Position numbers and translations under genes: made by a program. This document shows positions 50,556-59,594 of a DNA stretch of 64,000 nucleotides, piece by piece. A model generated the notes under the pieces. The model had not been told where the DNA came from. It searched no databases and worked only from the letters and a program-made list of their open reading frames with translations. The stretch's first letter is position 1; every line of letters starts with the position of its first letter. This DNA comes from a bacterium (lineage in GTDB: Bacteria > SM23-31), in the NCBI GenBank assembly GCA_965221205.1, contig OZ244870.1, forward strand, positions 1,218,232-1,282,231, written 5' to 3'.

Positions 50556-51608
50556 ATGAAGTTGATTAATAAAAAATATTGCACAATACTGGAAATTACA
50601 GCACTGTTCTTCTTTTTCATCGGTGTTTCTTTTGCTCAGGAAGGTGTCATTGTAGTGGACTCCCGGGCGCAGCCTGACCGTGCAACGCTGGGACAATACA
50701 TTTCGTTCGAAGTTGTGGTCAGGCACACGATGGATATTCAGGTTTCTGTTCCTACTCCCGGGATTGAATACGGAGGACTCGAACTCATTGATTATGCAGT
50801 ACCGGATCCAGTTGATGTAATAGACCCGGTTCTGGGGAACATCATAGAAGAACGAGCGATATATACCGTAGCTGCATATGATACAGGTATGTTCACCATT
50901 CCTCCGGTCGAGGTGCTTTTTCATGCTGGAACCGGGGAAGATCGATCAATCGTTACCAATCCGGTTCAGATTATCATTGAATCAATTTTACCGGCCGATG
51001 CGCAGGATATACTCGATATTAAAGAACCAATTTTGATTGCACAAAATATATTGCTCCTTTTATTGACAGGTATAATGATCGGCTTAATTACAGCGTATCT
51101 AATTTACCGCCGATATCGAAAGAAAAAACAGGAAGAGGAACCGCTCTTTTGGGAGGGAAAACCGCATCTTCCACCGCATGAAGAAGCTATTGCTGCCTTA
51201 CATGAATTAAAAGAATCATCGCTGCTCAAACAAGGTAAAGTGAAAGAATATTACACGACACTTTCTGATATTGAACGTCTCTACATGCAGCGGCGGTATA
51301 AAAAACCGTTCTTGATGATGACGACATCTGAAACGAAAGAGTGTCTTGCTCAGGAATATTTTCCTGAAGAGGAATTCAAGAAAATAGATATACTCCTGAG
51401 CGAATGTGATCTTGTAAAATTTGCAAAATACCGGCCAGCAGGAGAAGCATATGCACTAGCTTGGCAGACAGCCTACGATATAGTAGAGAGCACAAAACCG
51501 GCTGTAGCGTTTACAGATATGCCGGAAAGTGTCTCTGAGTCTATTACCGGGGATGAAATTGGTGGTGATGACTCAAACTCTGAAACAGAGGAACAATCTC
51601 AACAATAG
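50556..51608 (+). CDS. membrane protein of the Bat operon (BatD-like N-terminal beta domain + TM + DUF4381-like tail)
   Basis: Signal peptide ...GVSFAQEG, one TM (LLLLLTGIMIGLITAYLIY RRYRKKK), then PHEEAIAALHEL...CDLVKFAKYRP, typical of the gene preceding batA. I prefer the ATG at 50556. Confidence 0.55.
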   Translation: MKLINKKYCTILEITALFFFFIGVSFAQEGVIVVDSRAQPDRATLGQYISFEVVVRHTMDIQVSVPTPGIEYGGLELIDYAVPDPVDVIDPVLGNIIEERAIYTVAAYDTGMFTIPPVEVLFHAGTGEDRSIVTNPVQIIIESILPADAQDILDIKEPILIAQNILLLLLTGIMIGLITAYLIYRRYRKKKQEEEPLFWEGKPHLPPHEEAIAALHELKESSLLKQGKVKEYYTTLSDIERLYMQRRYKKPFLMMTTSETKECLAQEYFPEEEFKKIDILLSECDLVKFAKYRPAGEAYALAWQTAYDIVESTKPAVAFTDMPESVSESITGDEIGGDDSNSETEEQSQQ

Positions 51609-51619
51609 TGTTATACATT

Positions 51620-52609
51620 ATGATATTCGATGATCCGTATTTCCTTATATTGCTGATTATAGTTCCGATATTGATATTTCTATATATTAAAGAGAGGATC
51701 AGCCGGAGAGGATTTGTGACCTACTCCGATCTGACGGTGGTAAATAAACTTGCACCTTCATGGAAGCAGCGGTTTAAACATCTTCTGTTCAGTATGAGGA
51801 TGATGATGCTCTCCTTTGCTGTTATTGCGCTCGCCAGGCCGCAGTCGCCTTTCACGGAGGAAGAAATTACTACTGAAGGTATCGATATCATACTTGCAAT
51901 TGACGTATCAAGCAGCATGAAAGCTGTCGACTTTCAGCCTTCAAACAGGCTGGAAGCCGCAAAAATTGTCAGCGCAGACTTTGTGAACGGCAGAGTGCAT
52001 GACCGACTCGGGATGGTTGTTTTTGCAGGCAGAAGTTATACCCAATGCCCGCTGACACTCGATTACGGTATTGTTCATTCGTTTCTCGAAAGCATCCATA
52101 TAGGGATGGTTGAAGACGGTACCGCAATCGGCATGGCAATCACGACCGCCGTGAACAGGCTGAGGAATTCCGATGCAGAGAGTAAAGTGGTTATCCTCCT
52201 GACCGACGGACGGAATAATCGGGGAGAACTAGATCCGATTACAGCATCTCAAATTGCAAAGACGATGAATATCAAGATTTACACAATTGGAATGGGAAAA
52301 GAGGGTACGGTTATGTATCCATTGGACGATCCGATCAGGGGACAACGCCTCATACCAATACAATCAGATATCGATGAAGAAATCCTGCAGCAGATTGCGA
52401 ATAATACAGGTGGAAGCTATTTCCGAGCAACTGATGAAAAAAAGCTGGAAGAGATATTTAATCAGATTGATGAGATGGAAAAAACTGAAATTCAGGTAAC
52501 CGAATATACCCAGTATACAGAACTTTTCGAATGGTTTGCGATTCCGGTGTTTGCACTACTTGTACTGGAAATCGTTTTGTCTCAGACAGTGTTTCGAAAG
52601 ATACCATAA
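51620..52609 (+). CDS. batA: vWA-domain membrane protein BatA
   Basis: MIFDDPYFLILLIIVPILIF N-terminal anchor, the MIDAS motif DVSSSM, GTAIG, LLTDGRNN and a C-terminal TM. Confidence 0.85.
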   Translation: MIFDDPYFLILLIIVPILIFLYIKERISRRGFVTYSDLTVVNKLAPSWKQRFKHLLFSMRMMMLSFAVIALARPQSPFTEEEITTEGIDIILAIDVSSSMKAVDFQPSNRLEAAKIVSADFVNGRVHDRLGMVVFAGRSYTQCPLTLDYGIVHSFLESIHIGMVEDGTAIGMAITTAVNRLRNSDAESKVVILLTDGRNNRGELDPITASQIAKTMNIKIYTIGMGKEGTVMYPLDDPIRGQRLIPIQSDIDEEILQQIANNTGGSYFRATDEKKLEEIFNQIDEMEKTEIQVTEYTQYTELFEWFAIPVFALLVLEIVLSQTVFRKIP

Positions 52610-52627
52610 CAGAAGGTTAAAGCAGTT

Positions 52628-53659
52628 ATGATTCGACTGGTAAATGAAAATACATTACAACTATTCTGGCTTGTTCCGGTTCTGATCCTGTTTTTTGTGC
52701 TTGCCTTCAGAAAAAAAACGAAGGTATTGGAGATGTTCGGTGTGTCCGAACTGATGAAAAAATTAACAGAAGATACCAGCCGACGTAGACAAGTTGTAAA
52801 AGTTTGCCTCCTGACGGTATGCTCTACCGTCATGATTGGTGCGTTGGTGCGGCCGCAAATCGGGACCCGCTTGGAAGAAGTGAAACGTGAAGGACGGGAT
52901 ATAATTGTTGCTATTGATGTTTCGAAAAGCATGCTTGCCGAAGACATGACTCCTTCCAGGTTGGAGAAGGCGAAGCACGAAGTGTCTGGTCTTATTGACC
53001 GGTTACAGGGCGACAGAATCGGTTTGATCGTGTTTGCAGGTGAGGCGTTCGTACAGAGCCCTCTGACGCTCGATTATAGCGCGGCAAAATTACTACTCAG
53101 CGTAGTCAATCCTGATCTGATTCCCATGCCAGGTACTAATATTAGCCATGCTATCCGGAAAGCAGTAAAAAGTTTTGAGCAGAATGAACCACAGCACAAA
53201 GTACTCGTTTTAATAACAGATGGGGAAAACCATACAGGTGAAGCAGAGACAGCAGCCGAAGAGGCATCCCAGGCAGGTGTAGTTATCTATTCAGTCGGCA
53301 TAGGATCGGCAGAAGGGGTTCCGATTCCGGAAACGAATGAAGCTGGAATGGTAACCGGATATAAAAAGGACAGTGAAGGCAGAACGATCGTCACAAAACT
53401 CGATGAATTGACATTAGAGAAAATAGCCTTGACTACAAATGGTGTTTATTATCATACCTCTCCGGAAGAATCGGAGCTCGATGCGCTCTACGAAGAAATT
53501 GCAGCAGGAGAGGCACAAGAGCTTGGAGTGATGCAGGTTACCCAATTCGAAGAAAGATTTCAGTTTTTTATAGGACTCTTTATTATCCTTCTCATATGGG
53601 AAACGGTTTACTCTGAACGGAAACGGATTAAATCCGAATGGAAGGGCCGGTTTTTCTAA
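52628..53659 (+). CDS. batB: vWA-domain membrane protein BatB
   Basis: AIDVSKSM, IVFAGEAFVQSPLTLDY, LITDGENH and a C-terminal TM. Confidence 0.85.
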   Translation: MIRLVNENTLQLFWLVPVLILFFVLAFRKKTKVLEMFGVSELMKKLTEDTSRRRQVVKVCLLTVCSTVMIGALVRPQIGTRLEEVKREGRDIIVAIDVSKSMLAEDMTPSRLEKAKHEVSGLIDRLQGDRIGLIVFAGEAFVQSPLTLDYSAAKLLLSVVNPDLIPMPGTNISHAIRKAVKSFEQNEPQHKVLVLITDGENHTGEAETAAEEASQAGVVIYSVGIGSAEGVPIPETNEAGMVTGYKKDSEGRTIVTKLDELTLEKIALTTNGVYYHTSPEESELDALYEEIAAGEAQELGVMQVTQFEERFQFFIGLFIILLIWETVYSERKRIKSEWKGRFF

Positions 53660-53740
53660 AATACGGCATAATTATTGGAGAAAAACAGGTATATGCTGGT
53701 ATAACTGGTATAATCAGTATAACATAACCTTATAAATATT

Positions 53741-54412
53741 ATGATAAAAAAATTGCTCCCGACATTCATTATATCTGTAATGACAGTGTTACGTGTGCAT
53801 CCCCTTTTAGCGCAGGAAGCTCCGCAGCCAGTGCAGGATTACCAGCAGAACAAGTTTTATGAAACAAAACAATATTCTGAGGATAATGTTTCCAGAATTC
53901 AGCTTGCAGATGAACAATACAAGACAGAACAGTTCAATGAAGCCATGAATCTTTATCAGGATGCTGCATCGGATAATCCGGAAGCTGATGAACTTCACTA
54001 CAACATTGGGAATTCTCTGTTTCGCCTGGGAAAATTGCCCGAAGCAATTGAGGAGTATAAGAAAGCACTCAAAATTAATCCTGATGATTATGACAGTAAA
54101 TTTAATCTGGAATTTGCTCTGAACCAGATGAAAAATCAGCAGCAGAACCAGGATCAAGATGAGCAGGAGCAACAGCAGCAAGATCAGCAGCAGGATCAAG
54201 ATGAGCAGGAGCAACAGCAGCAAGATCAGCAGCAGGATCAAGATGAGCAGGAGCAACAGCAGCAACAACAGCAGTCTCAACCAGATGATCGTGAAATGAC
54301 GCAGGAAGAGGCAGAACAGATTCTGAATGCTCTGCTGAACGATGAAAAAGATCTGCAGGAGCAAAGAAAAATGGAGCCACAGGGCAATATTAAAGTGCTC
54401 AAAGATTGGTAA
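53741..54412 (+). CDS. batC: TPR protein BatC with a Gln/Asp/Glu-rich repeat tail
   Basis: Signal peptide, TPR units (EAMNLYQDAASDNPEADELHYNIGNSLFRLGKLPEAIEEYKKALKINPDD), then a low-complexity repeat. Confidence 0.75.
   Translation: MIKKLLPTFIISVMTVLRVHPLLAQEAPQPVQDYQQNKFYETKQYSEDNVSRIQLADEQYKTEQFNEAMNLYQDAASDNPEADELHYNIGNSLFRLGKLPEAIEEYKKALKINPDDYDSKFNLEFALNQMKNQQQNQDQDEQEQQQQDQQQDQDEQEQQQQDQQQDQDEQEQQQQQQQSQPDDREMTQEEAEQILNALLNDEKDLQEQRKMEPQGNIKVLKDW
54152..54265 (+). repeat. 42-nt perfect tandem coding repeat, 2.7 copies (DQDEQEQQQQDQQQ)
   Basis: Units at 54152-54193 and 54194-54235 are identical. A third copy of 30 nt follows (54236-54265). Confidence 0.9.
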
Positions 54413-54481
54413 AAAGTTGCATTGTACAGAATTTATCAGATAAATCTGAATAATGTATGAGCTAAACTATAAGGGGGATTT

Positions 54482-54694
54482 GTGTTTGATGAGATACCAT
54501 TGAGTGAGTTGTTTCTTATCGCAACAGTCCTGTATGGTCTTTACAAGAAAATGAGTTCAAGTACATCATATAATGATACGATGAAAAAAGAAATGGATAA
54601 ACTTGCCGGTACAATAAAAGACACAGCCGCTTCTGAAGAAGCAACCAATAGTGATAATATAGAGGAAAACCCTTTAAAGAATTTAATTCCATGA
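54482..54694 (+). CDS. small single-TM protein (70 aa), unknown
   Basis: GTG start, one hydrophobic helix (LFLIATVLYGLY) and a 4-nt overlap (ATGA) with the next gene. Coding status is supported only by that coupling. Confidence 0.4.
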   Translation: MFDEIPLSELFLIATVLYGLYKKMSSSTSYNDTMKKEMDKLAGTIKDTAASEEATNSDNIEENPLKNLIP

Positions 54695-55137
54695 AACAAC
54701 CAGTTAACCGTACAGCAATTTGTTTGATGTTTTTTGCTGTATTCAGTGCAAGTGTTTTTTTCACTTCATGCGGAAGTCAGAGCAGTGTGTTCAGGGATGT
54801 TGAGCGGCTTCGAACAAAGAATTTTGAAGATCTTTCGCCAACAGAACAGCTTGAACTTGAATTGGCAAACTCTTTCACAGATACGGACAGGTACATTTCA
54901 TACGGCCGTTTCGAAGAGGCATTAGCTATTCTATGGAACATTGTGAGTAATCATTCGAACACCCCATATGCTGACAAAGCCTTCTACGTTCGGGGAACGA
55001 TCTATTCACATATGCTCTATTTTCACCGGGATATCGAAAAAGCCGCTGCTGCATACCGGATGGTTCTTGCATCCGAACCGGTAACCGAATTTGATGTGAA
55101 AGCACAGAATGCTCTCGAATTGATGAAGAATCAATAG
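54691..55137 (+). CDS. lipoprotein, TPR-like, unknown
   Basis: Lipobox VFFTSCGS and a helical-repeat body (GRFEEALAILWNIVSNHSNTPYADKAFYVRGTIY). Confidence 0.5.
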   Translation: MKQPVNRTAICLMFFAVFSASVFFTSCGSQSSVFRDVERLRTKNFEDLSPTEQLELELANSFTDTDRYISYGRFEEALAILWNIVSNHSNTPYADKAFYVRGTIYSHMLYFHRDIEKAAAAYRMVLASEPVTEFDVKAQNALELMKNQ

Positions 55138-55152
55138 AAATAAATTATATAA

Positions 55153-57009
55153 ATGAAAACAAAATTTACGTCAATCAGTTTTTATACAACAATAGCGTTG
55201 ATCTGTCTCTTTGTCATGGTTCATGACACCGTGACAGGGCAGAATACGACCGTCCGGTCATACTTGAAGCAGAATTTCGCTGTAGTCAATCAAGTTGCCG
55301 ATCTGGCAATTGAAGTTTCAGGTAGTGCAATGAACCGGAGTGCCCAGCCAGAACTCCCTGTTTTCGGAGAGTGGTTTTCATTTGCCGGTTCGCGTGGTTC
55401 ATCACAGAGTGTTTCGATCATTAACGGACAGGTTTCTTCATCTGTTACCTATTCTTACGGTATACTCCCACTTAAAGAAGGAACTGCAACAATCCCGCGT
55501 ATCAAAATCAGGATAGGAGGACAGGATTACTACAGCGAGCCTCTCACGGTCGAAATAAAAAATACCGGAGCCGCCCCGCAGCAGCAGGTCCGGCCGGGAC
55601 TGCGTACACCGAGAAATCCTACCCAACAGGAGCAGCCCGTCGATATTCATCTTATCGCGGATGTCGATAAAGAAACAGTTTATCAGAACCAGGGAATCAC
55701 AGTAGAATACAAAGTCTATTTTGGACCGGGCGTGACCATCAGAGAATATTCACCAATCAACACACCGAATACGGCAGGATTCTGGACGGAAGAATATCCC
55801 ATGGATACATCTCCCCGCGCTGTGCCGGAATTTTATAATGGCAAGCAATATAACGCTGCTGTTCTGCAAAAAGTCGAACTCTTTTCGACAAATTCGGGGG
55901 ATTTCGAACTTGATCCGAAAGAGATGAAATTTGTTGTGAGACTGCCGAATAGATCGAGAAACATTTTTGACAATCCATTTAGTAGTTCACAGCGGGATAT
56001 TTCTGTTCGTTCAAATCGTCTCAATATCACCGTTAAGCCGCTTCCGGTAGAAGGGCGCCCTTCATATTTCGCAGGTGCTGTCGGTGATTATACAATCAAT
56101 GCGGATGTCGATATCGCTCGAGTAAAAGTCCATGATTCAATTACCATGACAGTTACGGTGAATGGTACAGGGAATATTAAACTGATTAACGAACCGGAAC
56201 TCAACCTTTCCGGTGATTTTGAGCGATACGATCCGAAAATTTCGGAGAATATTACCCGGAAAGGAAATGAAATCTCCGGCGAAAAAAAATTCGAATATGT
56301 CTTGATTCCCCGGCGTGCGGGTATCTATAAACTTGACACAATTTCATTTGTTTATTTTAATCCTGAACTGGAAACATACGAAATTGTAACAACTACTCCA
56401 ATTTCACTGACCGTCGATCCGGGAGAAACAATTGCCGGCGGATCAATGCGCAACCTGACGCGGGAAGAAATCAGGCTGGTTGGTCAGGATATCAGATTTA
56501 TAAAAGAGTCAGTATCACAATGGTACGAAACGGGGCGGCGGGAATACATGACCTGGACATTTATGACGATACTGTTTTCCCCGATTATTCTGTTTTTTGT
56601 CGGACTGACCTACAGCAGGCATCTTGACAGACTACAAAAGGATACCGGTTATAAGCGGAGTCGACAGGCGAGCACTGTTGCCAATAAGCGGCTGAAACAA
56701 GCTCATACACACCTGCATAAAGATGAACCGGAACAGTTTTATCCTGAAGTTGCCCGTGCACTGCAGGAATATATAGCAGATAAATTAAACATCTCTGCTG
56801 CCGGTATTGTCGCCGATGAGTTGCAATCACTGCTCACCGAGAAAAACATAGATACTGATCTAACTTCCGAGTATATAGCATGCCTGAAACAGTGTGACTT
56901 TTTTAGATTCAGCACGACCGGCTCTTCGCAGAGAGAGATGGAAAAACTTTACGACCGGTCAAAACTGGCAATACTTAGTTTAGAAGAACGGATGAGAAAA
57001 GTTGCCTAA
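55153..57009 (+). CDS. batD: BatD (oxygen-tolerance) protein
   Basis: 618 aa. Signal peptide, repeated beta-sandwich segments, a TM near residue 480 (WTFMTILFSPIILFFVGLTY) and a helical tail. Size, architecture and position match BatD. Confidence 0.7.
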   Translation: MKTKFTSISFYTTIALICLFVMVHDTVTGQNTTVRSYLKQNFAVVNQVADLAIEVSGSAMNRSAQPELPVFGEWFSFAGSRGSSQSVSIINGQVSSSVTYSYGILPLKEGTATIPRIKIRIGGQDYYSEPLTVEIKNTGAAPQQQVRPGLRTPRNPTQQEQPVDIHLIADVDKETVYQNQGITVEYKVYFGPGVTIREYSPINTPNTAGFWTEEYPMDTSPRAVPEFYNGKQYNAAVLQKVELFSTNSGDFELDPKEMKFVVRLPNRSRNIFDNPFSSSQRDISVRSNRLNITVKPLPVEGRPSYFAGAVGDYTINADVDIARVKVHDSITMTVTVNGTGNIKLINEPELNLSGDFERYDPKISENITRKGNEISGEKKFEYVLIPRRAGIYKLDTISFVYFNPELETYEIVTTTPISLTVDPGETIAGGSMRNLTREEIRLVGQDIRFIKESVSQWYETGRREYMTWTFMTILFSPIILFFVGLTYSRHLDRLQKDTGYKRSRQASTVANKRLKQAHTHLHKDEPEQFYPEVARALQEYIADKLNISAAGIVADELQSLLTEKNIDTDLTSEYIACLKQCDFFRFSTTGSSQREMEKLYDRSKLAILSLEERMRKVA

Positions 57010-57043
57010 TAATTGTTAAAGTAATTTCTTGATTGGAACCTGT

Positions 57044-57811
57044 ATGCAATATTGTGCATTGAGAACATTTCTCCTGTTTCTATTACTCATTTGGAGTGCC
57101 TCTGCCGGTGCACAGGACATAGAATCACTTTTCAGGGATGGGAATGGATTCTATCAGGAAGGAGATTACGAAGCTGCGCTGGATCGGTACCAAGTAATTC
57201 TTGATCAAGGTTTTGAGAGCGGTGAACTTTATTACAATATGGGAAACGTGCATTATAAAAATCAGAATGTGGGGAAAGCTGTACTTTATTACGAAAAAGC
57301 ACGGAGCTATTTTCCGGACAATGAAGACTTACTCCATAACCTCGAATTAACCTCTCTCTTGCTGACTGACAGAATTACACCGATTGCCGATGTGTTTTAT
57401 GTCCGGTACTGGAACATCTTCCGGGGAATGTTCGGAATAACTCTATGGAAAATGCTGTTTTTTACAACATGGTTTTTTGCAGCCGGTCAGGCGATCTTGC
57501 TCCTCTTTCTGCAGCAGTCTCAAGTGAGAATAATCCTCAGGACAGGCCTGATATTTTCCGGAGTGCTAATCGCACTCATTTCTACAGTGTTATTCTCCGA
57601 CATATTTATCGACACACCGGGATCGTACGGCATTGTCATGGCCGGGGAGATCACCGCCTATTCAGCACCGACTGATAACGGAATGGAAGTCTTTCTTATT
57701 CATGAAGGTACGAAAGTCAAAATTTCCCGCACACTTGGCGATTGGATAGAAATCCGGCTCGAAGATGGAAACGTCGGCTGGATTTCAAGCAGCTCCGTTG
57801 AAATCATTTGA
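57044..57811 (+). CDS. batE: BatE (TPR + membrane + C-terminal SH3 domain)
   Basis: TPR (GDYEAALDRYQVIL..GELYYNMGNVHYKNQNVGKAVLYYEKA), 3 TMs, and an SH3_3-like end (GDWIEIRLEDGNVGWISSSSVEII). Confidence 0.72.
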   Translation: MQYCALRTFLLFLLLIWSASAGAQDIESLFRDGNGFYQEGDYEAALDRYQVILDQGFESGELYYNMGNVHYKNQNVGKAVLYYEKARSYFPDNEDLLHNLELTSLLLTDRITPIADVFYVRYWNIFRGMFGITLWKMLFFTTWFFAAGQAILLLFLQQSQVRIILRTGLIFSGVLIALISTVLFSDIFIDTPGSYGIVMAGEITAYSAPTDNGMEVFLIHEGTKVKISRTLGDWIEIRLEDGNVGWISSSSVEII

Positions 57812-58044
57812 CAGAAGCTTCTCTAAACTGTATTAGAGAATCCCACAATAATATCCAAAATGATATAAGTTCACTGTTATTTTATTACCACTATGCCGGT
57901 AACATCCACTCTTATTCTGCGCATGTGTTTTCCAGAATTCAATTGACTAAACGAACAGGTATTAGTACATTGCAAAGCTGTAGTGATCAGGCATTGAATA
58001 GTCCGGCGATCACAGCTTCTGACAACCATTGAAAGGCACATACT

Positions 58045-58926
58045 ATGCTGACAAGTATGACAGGTTTCAGTCGAAGTGCACGGAAGAAGAACGGTTTTTC
58101 GGTGTCGGTAGAAATGCGCTCGCTTAATAACCGCTATCTTGAAATCAGTGTAAAGATTCCCCGGCGTTTCAGTGCGCTCGAAGAAGATATCAGAAACTGT
58201 GTCAGGAAAAATGTCTCCCGCGGTAAGGTCGATGTGTTTATTTTATTGGATGGAGTGTCGGAAACGATTGAGAATATCTCTCTGAATCTTAACCTTGCCA
58301 AGAAATATATTGATAGTTTCAAAACACTTGAAACAACATTTAATGTCCCCGTCTCATTCAACACGGAAAGTCTTCTGTCGATTGAGAATCTCTTTGAACA
58401 CAAGATTTCCAGTGAACAGATTGAATTTCTGCACAGTCTCATTCTCAAGACAGTGCAAGATGCTTTGAAAGAACTGATAAAACACAGACGAGAGGAAGGA
58501 AAAAATCTCGGTGAAGATTTTCGGGAGCGGTTAACGGTTGTTGCACAGTCACTACAAGGAATAAAGAGAGTATTCAAGTCACGGCGCAAAGAGGATTTTG
58601 ATAAACTGCGGAAACGGATTGAATCCACGTTAAAAAATGTTGAGAAAATAGATCCGCAGCGGCTCGAGATGGAAGCTGCCGTGATGGCCGATAAATTCGA
58701 TATATCCGAAGAGTGTGTACGGCTCGACAGCCATTTGAAAATGTTTAAGGATTCGCTCTCCGACAGTAGTTCGGTCGGTCGGCGCCTTGAGTTTATTCTA
58801 CAGGAAATAAATCGCGAAACAAACACGATTAGTGCAAAGAGTAATAATATACACATTGCTCAGGAAGTGGTTAAGATTAAAGAAGAGATTGAACGGTTTA
58901 AAGAACAGGTCAGAAATATCGAATGA
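58045..58926 (+). CDS. yicC: YicC-family stress-induced protein
   Basis: MTGFSRS...LNNRYLEI and C-terminal GRRLEFILQEINRETNTISAKS...KEEIERFKEQVRNIE. Confidence 0.9.
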   Translation: MLTSMTGFSRSARKKNGFSVSVEMRSLNNRYLEISVKIPRRFSALEEDIRNCVRKNVSRGKVDVFILLDGVSETIENISLNLNLAKKYIDSFKTLETTFNVPVSFNTESLLSIENLFEHKISSEQIEFLHSLILKTVQDALKELIKHRREEGKNLGEDFRERLTVVAQSLQGIKRVFKSRRKEDFDKLRKRIESTLKNVEKIDPQRLEMEAAVMADKFDISEECVRLDSHLKMFKDSLSDSSSVGRRLEFILQEINRETNTISAKSNNIHIAQEVVKIKEEIERFKEQVRNIE

Positions 58927-59531
58927 GCAAACGGGATCACAACGAATTCCGAGAAACGGACCATTCCATTATCCGGCCAACACTCCTTGTGCTGTCGGGA
59001 TTTTCGGGAACCGGTAAAACAACGATCCGCGATAAAGTCATGACAAGAATCCCCAAAGCACAATTTTCATTATCTGTAACAACTCGGCCCCGTAGAAAAC
59101 ATGAAAGGGAAAGAATAGATTACCACTTCATTAGTAGTGAATCATTTCAGGAAATGATCCGGAATAATGAAATGCTTGAGTGGGAAGAGGTGCATACAAA
59201 TTACTATGGTACACTGCTGCAGCCTGTTGAGCGCGCGTTGAAAAAGCCGAGACTATTCATATTCGATGTTGACGTTCATGGTGGACTATCCATAAAAAGC
59301 CGTTTTCCCGATGCGATTCTTATTTTTCTCAATGCTCCGGATTTTGATATATTGAAGCAGCGTCTTGTAGACAGGCACACCGACAGCCCGGAGCAGATAA
59401 AGCAGCGATTAAACAGGATTCCGAAAGAGCTCGATATGTCGAAACAGTATGATCATATTGTCATTAATGATGACAGCGACAGGGCGGCAGACGAAATATG
59501 CGGATTAATTTTTGATTTTCAGAAGCAGTAA
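58923..59531 (+). CDS. gmk: guanylate kinase
   Basis: LSGFSGTGKTTI (P-loop), TTRPRRKHERERIDYHF and YYGT. It has an ATGA overlap with yicC. Confidence 0.85.
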   Translation: MSKRDHNEFRETDHSIIRPTLLVLSGFSGTGKTTIRDKVMTRIPKAQFSLSVTTRPRRKHERERIDYHFISSESFQEMIRNNEMLEWEEVHTNYYGTLLQPVERALKKPRLFIFDVDVHGGLSIKSRFPDAILIFLNAPDFDILKQRLVDRHTDSPEQIKQRLNRIPKELDMSKQYDHIVINDDSDRAADEICGLIFDFQKQ

Positions 59532-59594
59532 ATCACAAAAAGTGTGAATTGTGAATGAGTACTCAACCAATTTTAATGCAACGTTGATAATGAC

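Noticed and set aside
54152-54265. Possible CRISPR-like direct repeats
   Set aside because: The repeats are contiguous with no spacers, in frame, and lie inside batC. No cas genes are present in the window.
53807-54380. 185-aa poly-Leu and 92-aa Ala-rich minus-strand ORFs
   Set aside because: They are produced by the complement of the CAG/GAT-rich 42-nt repeat in batC and are not genes.
57808-58032. 74-aa + strand ORF between batE and yicC
   Set aside because: It has no canonical start context or recognisable domain. The region contains two hairpins (57819-57840 and about 57977-58017) and is more likely regulatory or spacer DNA.
58134-58856. 240-aa minus-strand ORF
   Set aside because: It is antisense to the well-supported yicC gene.
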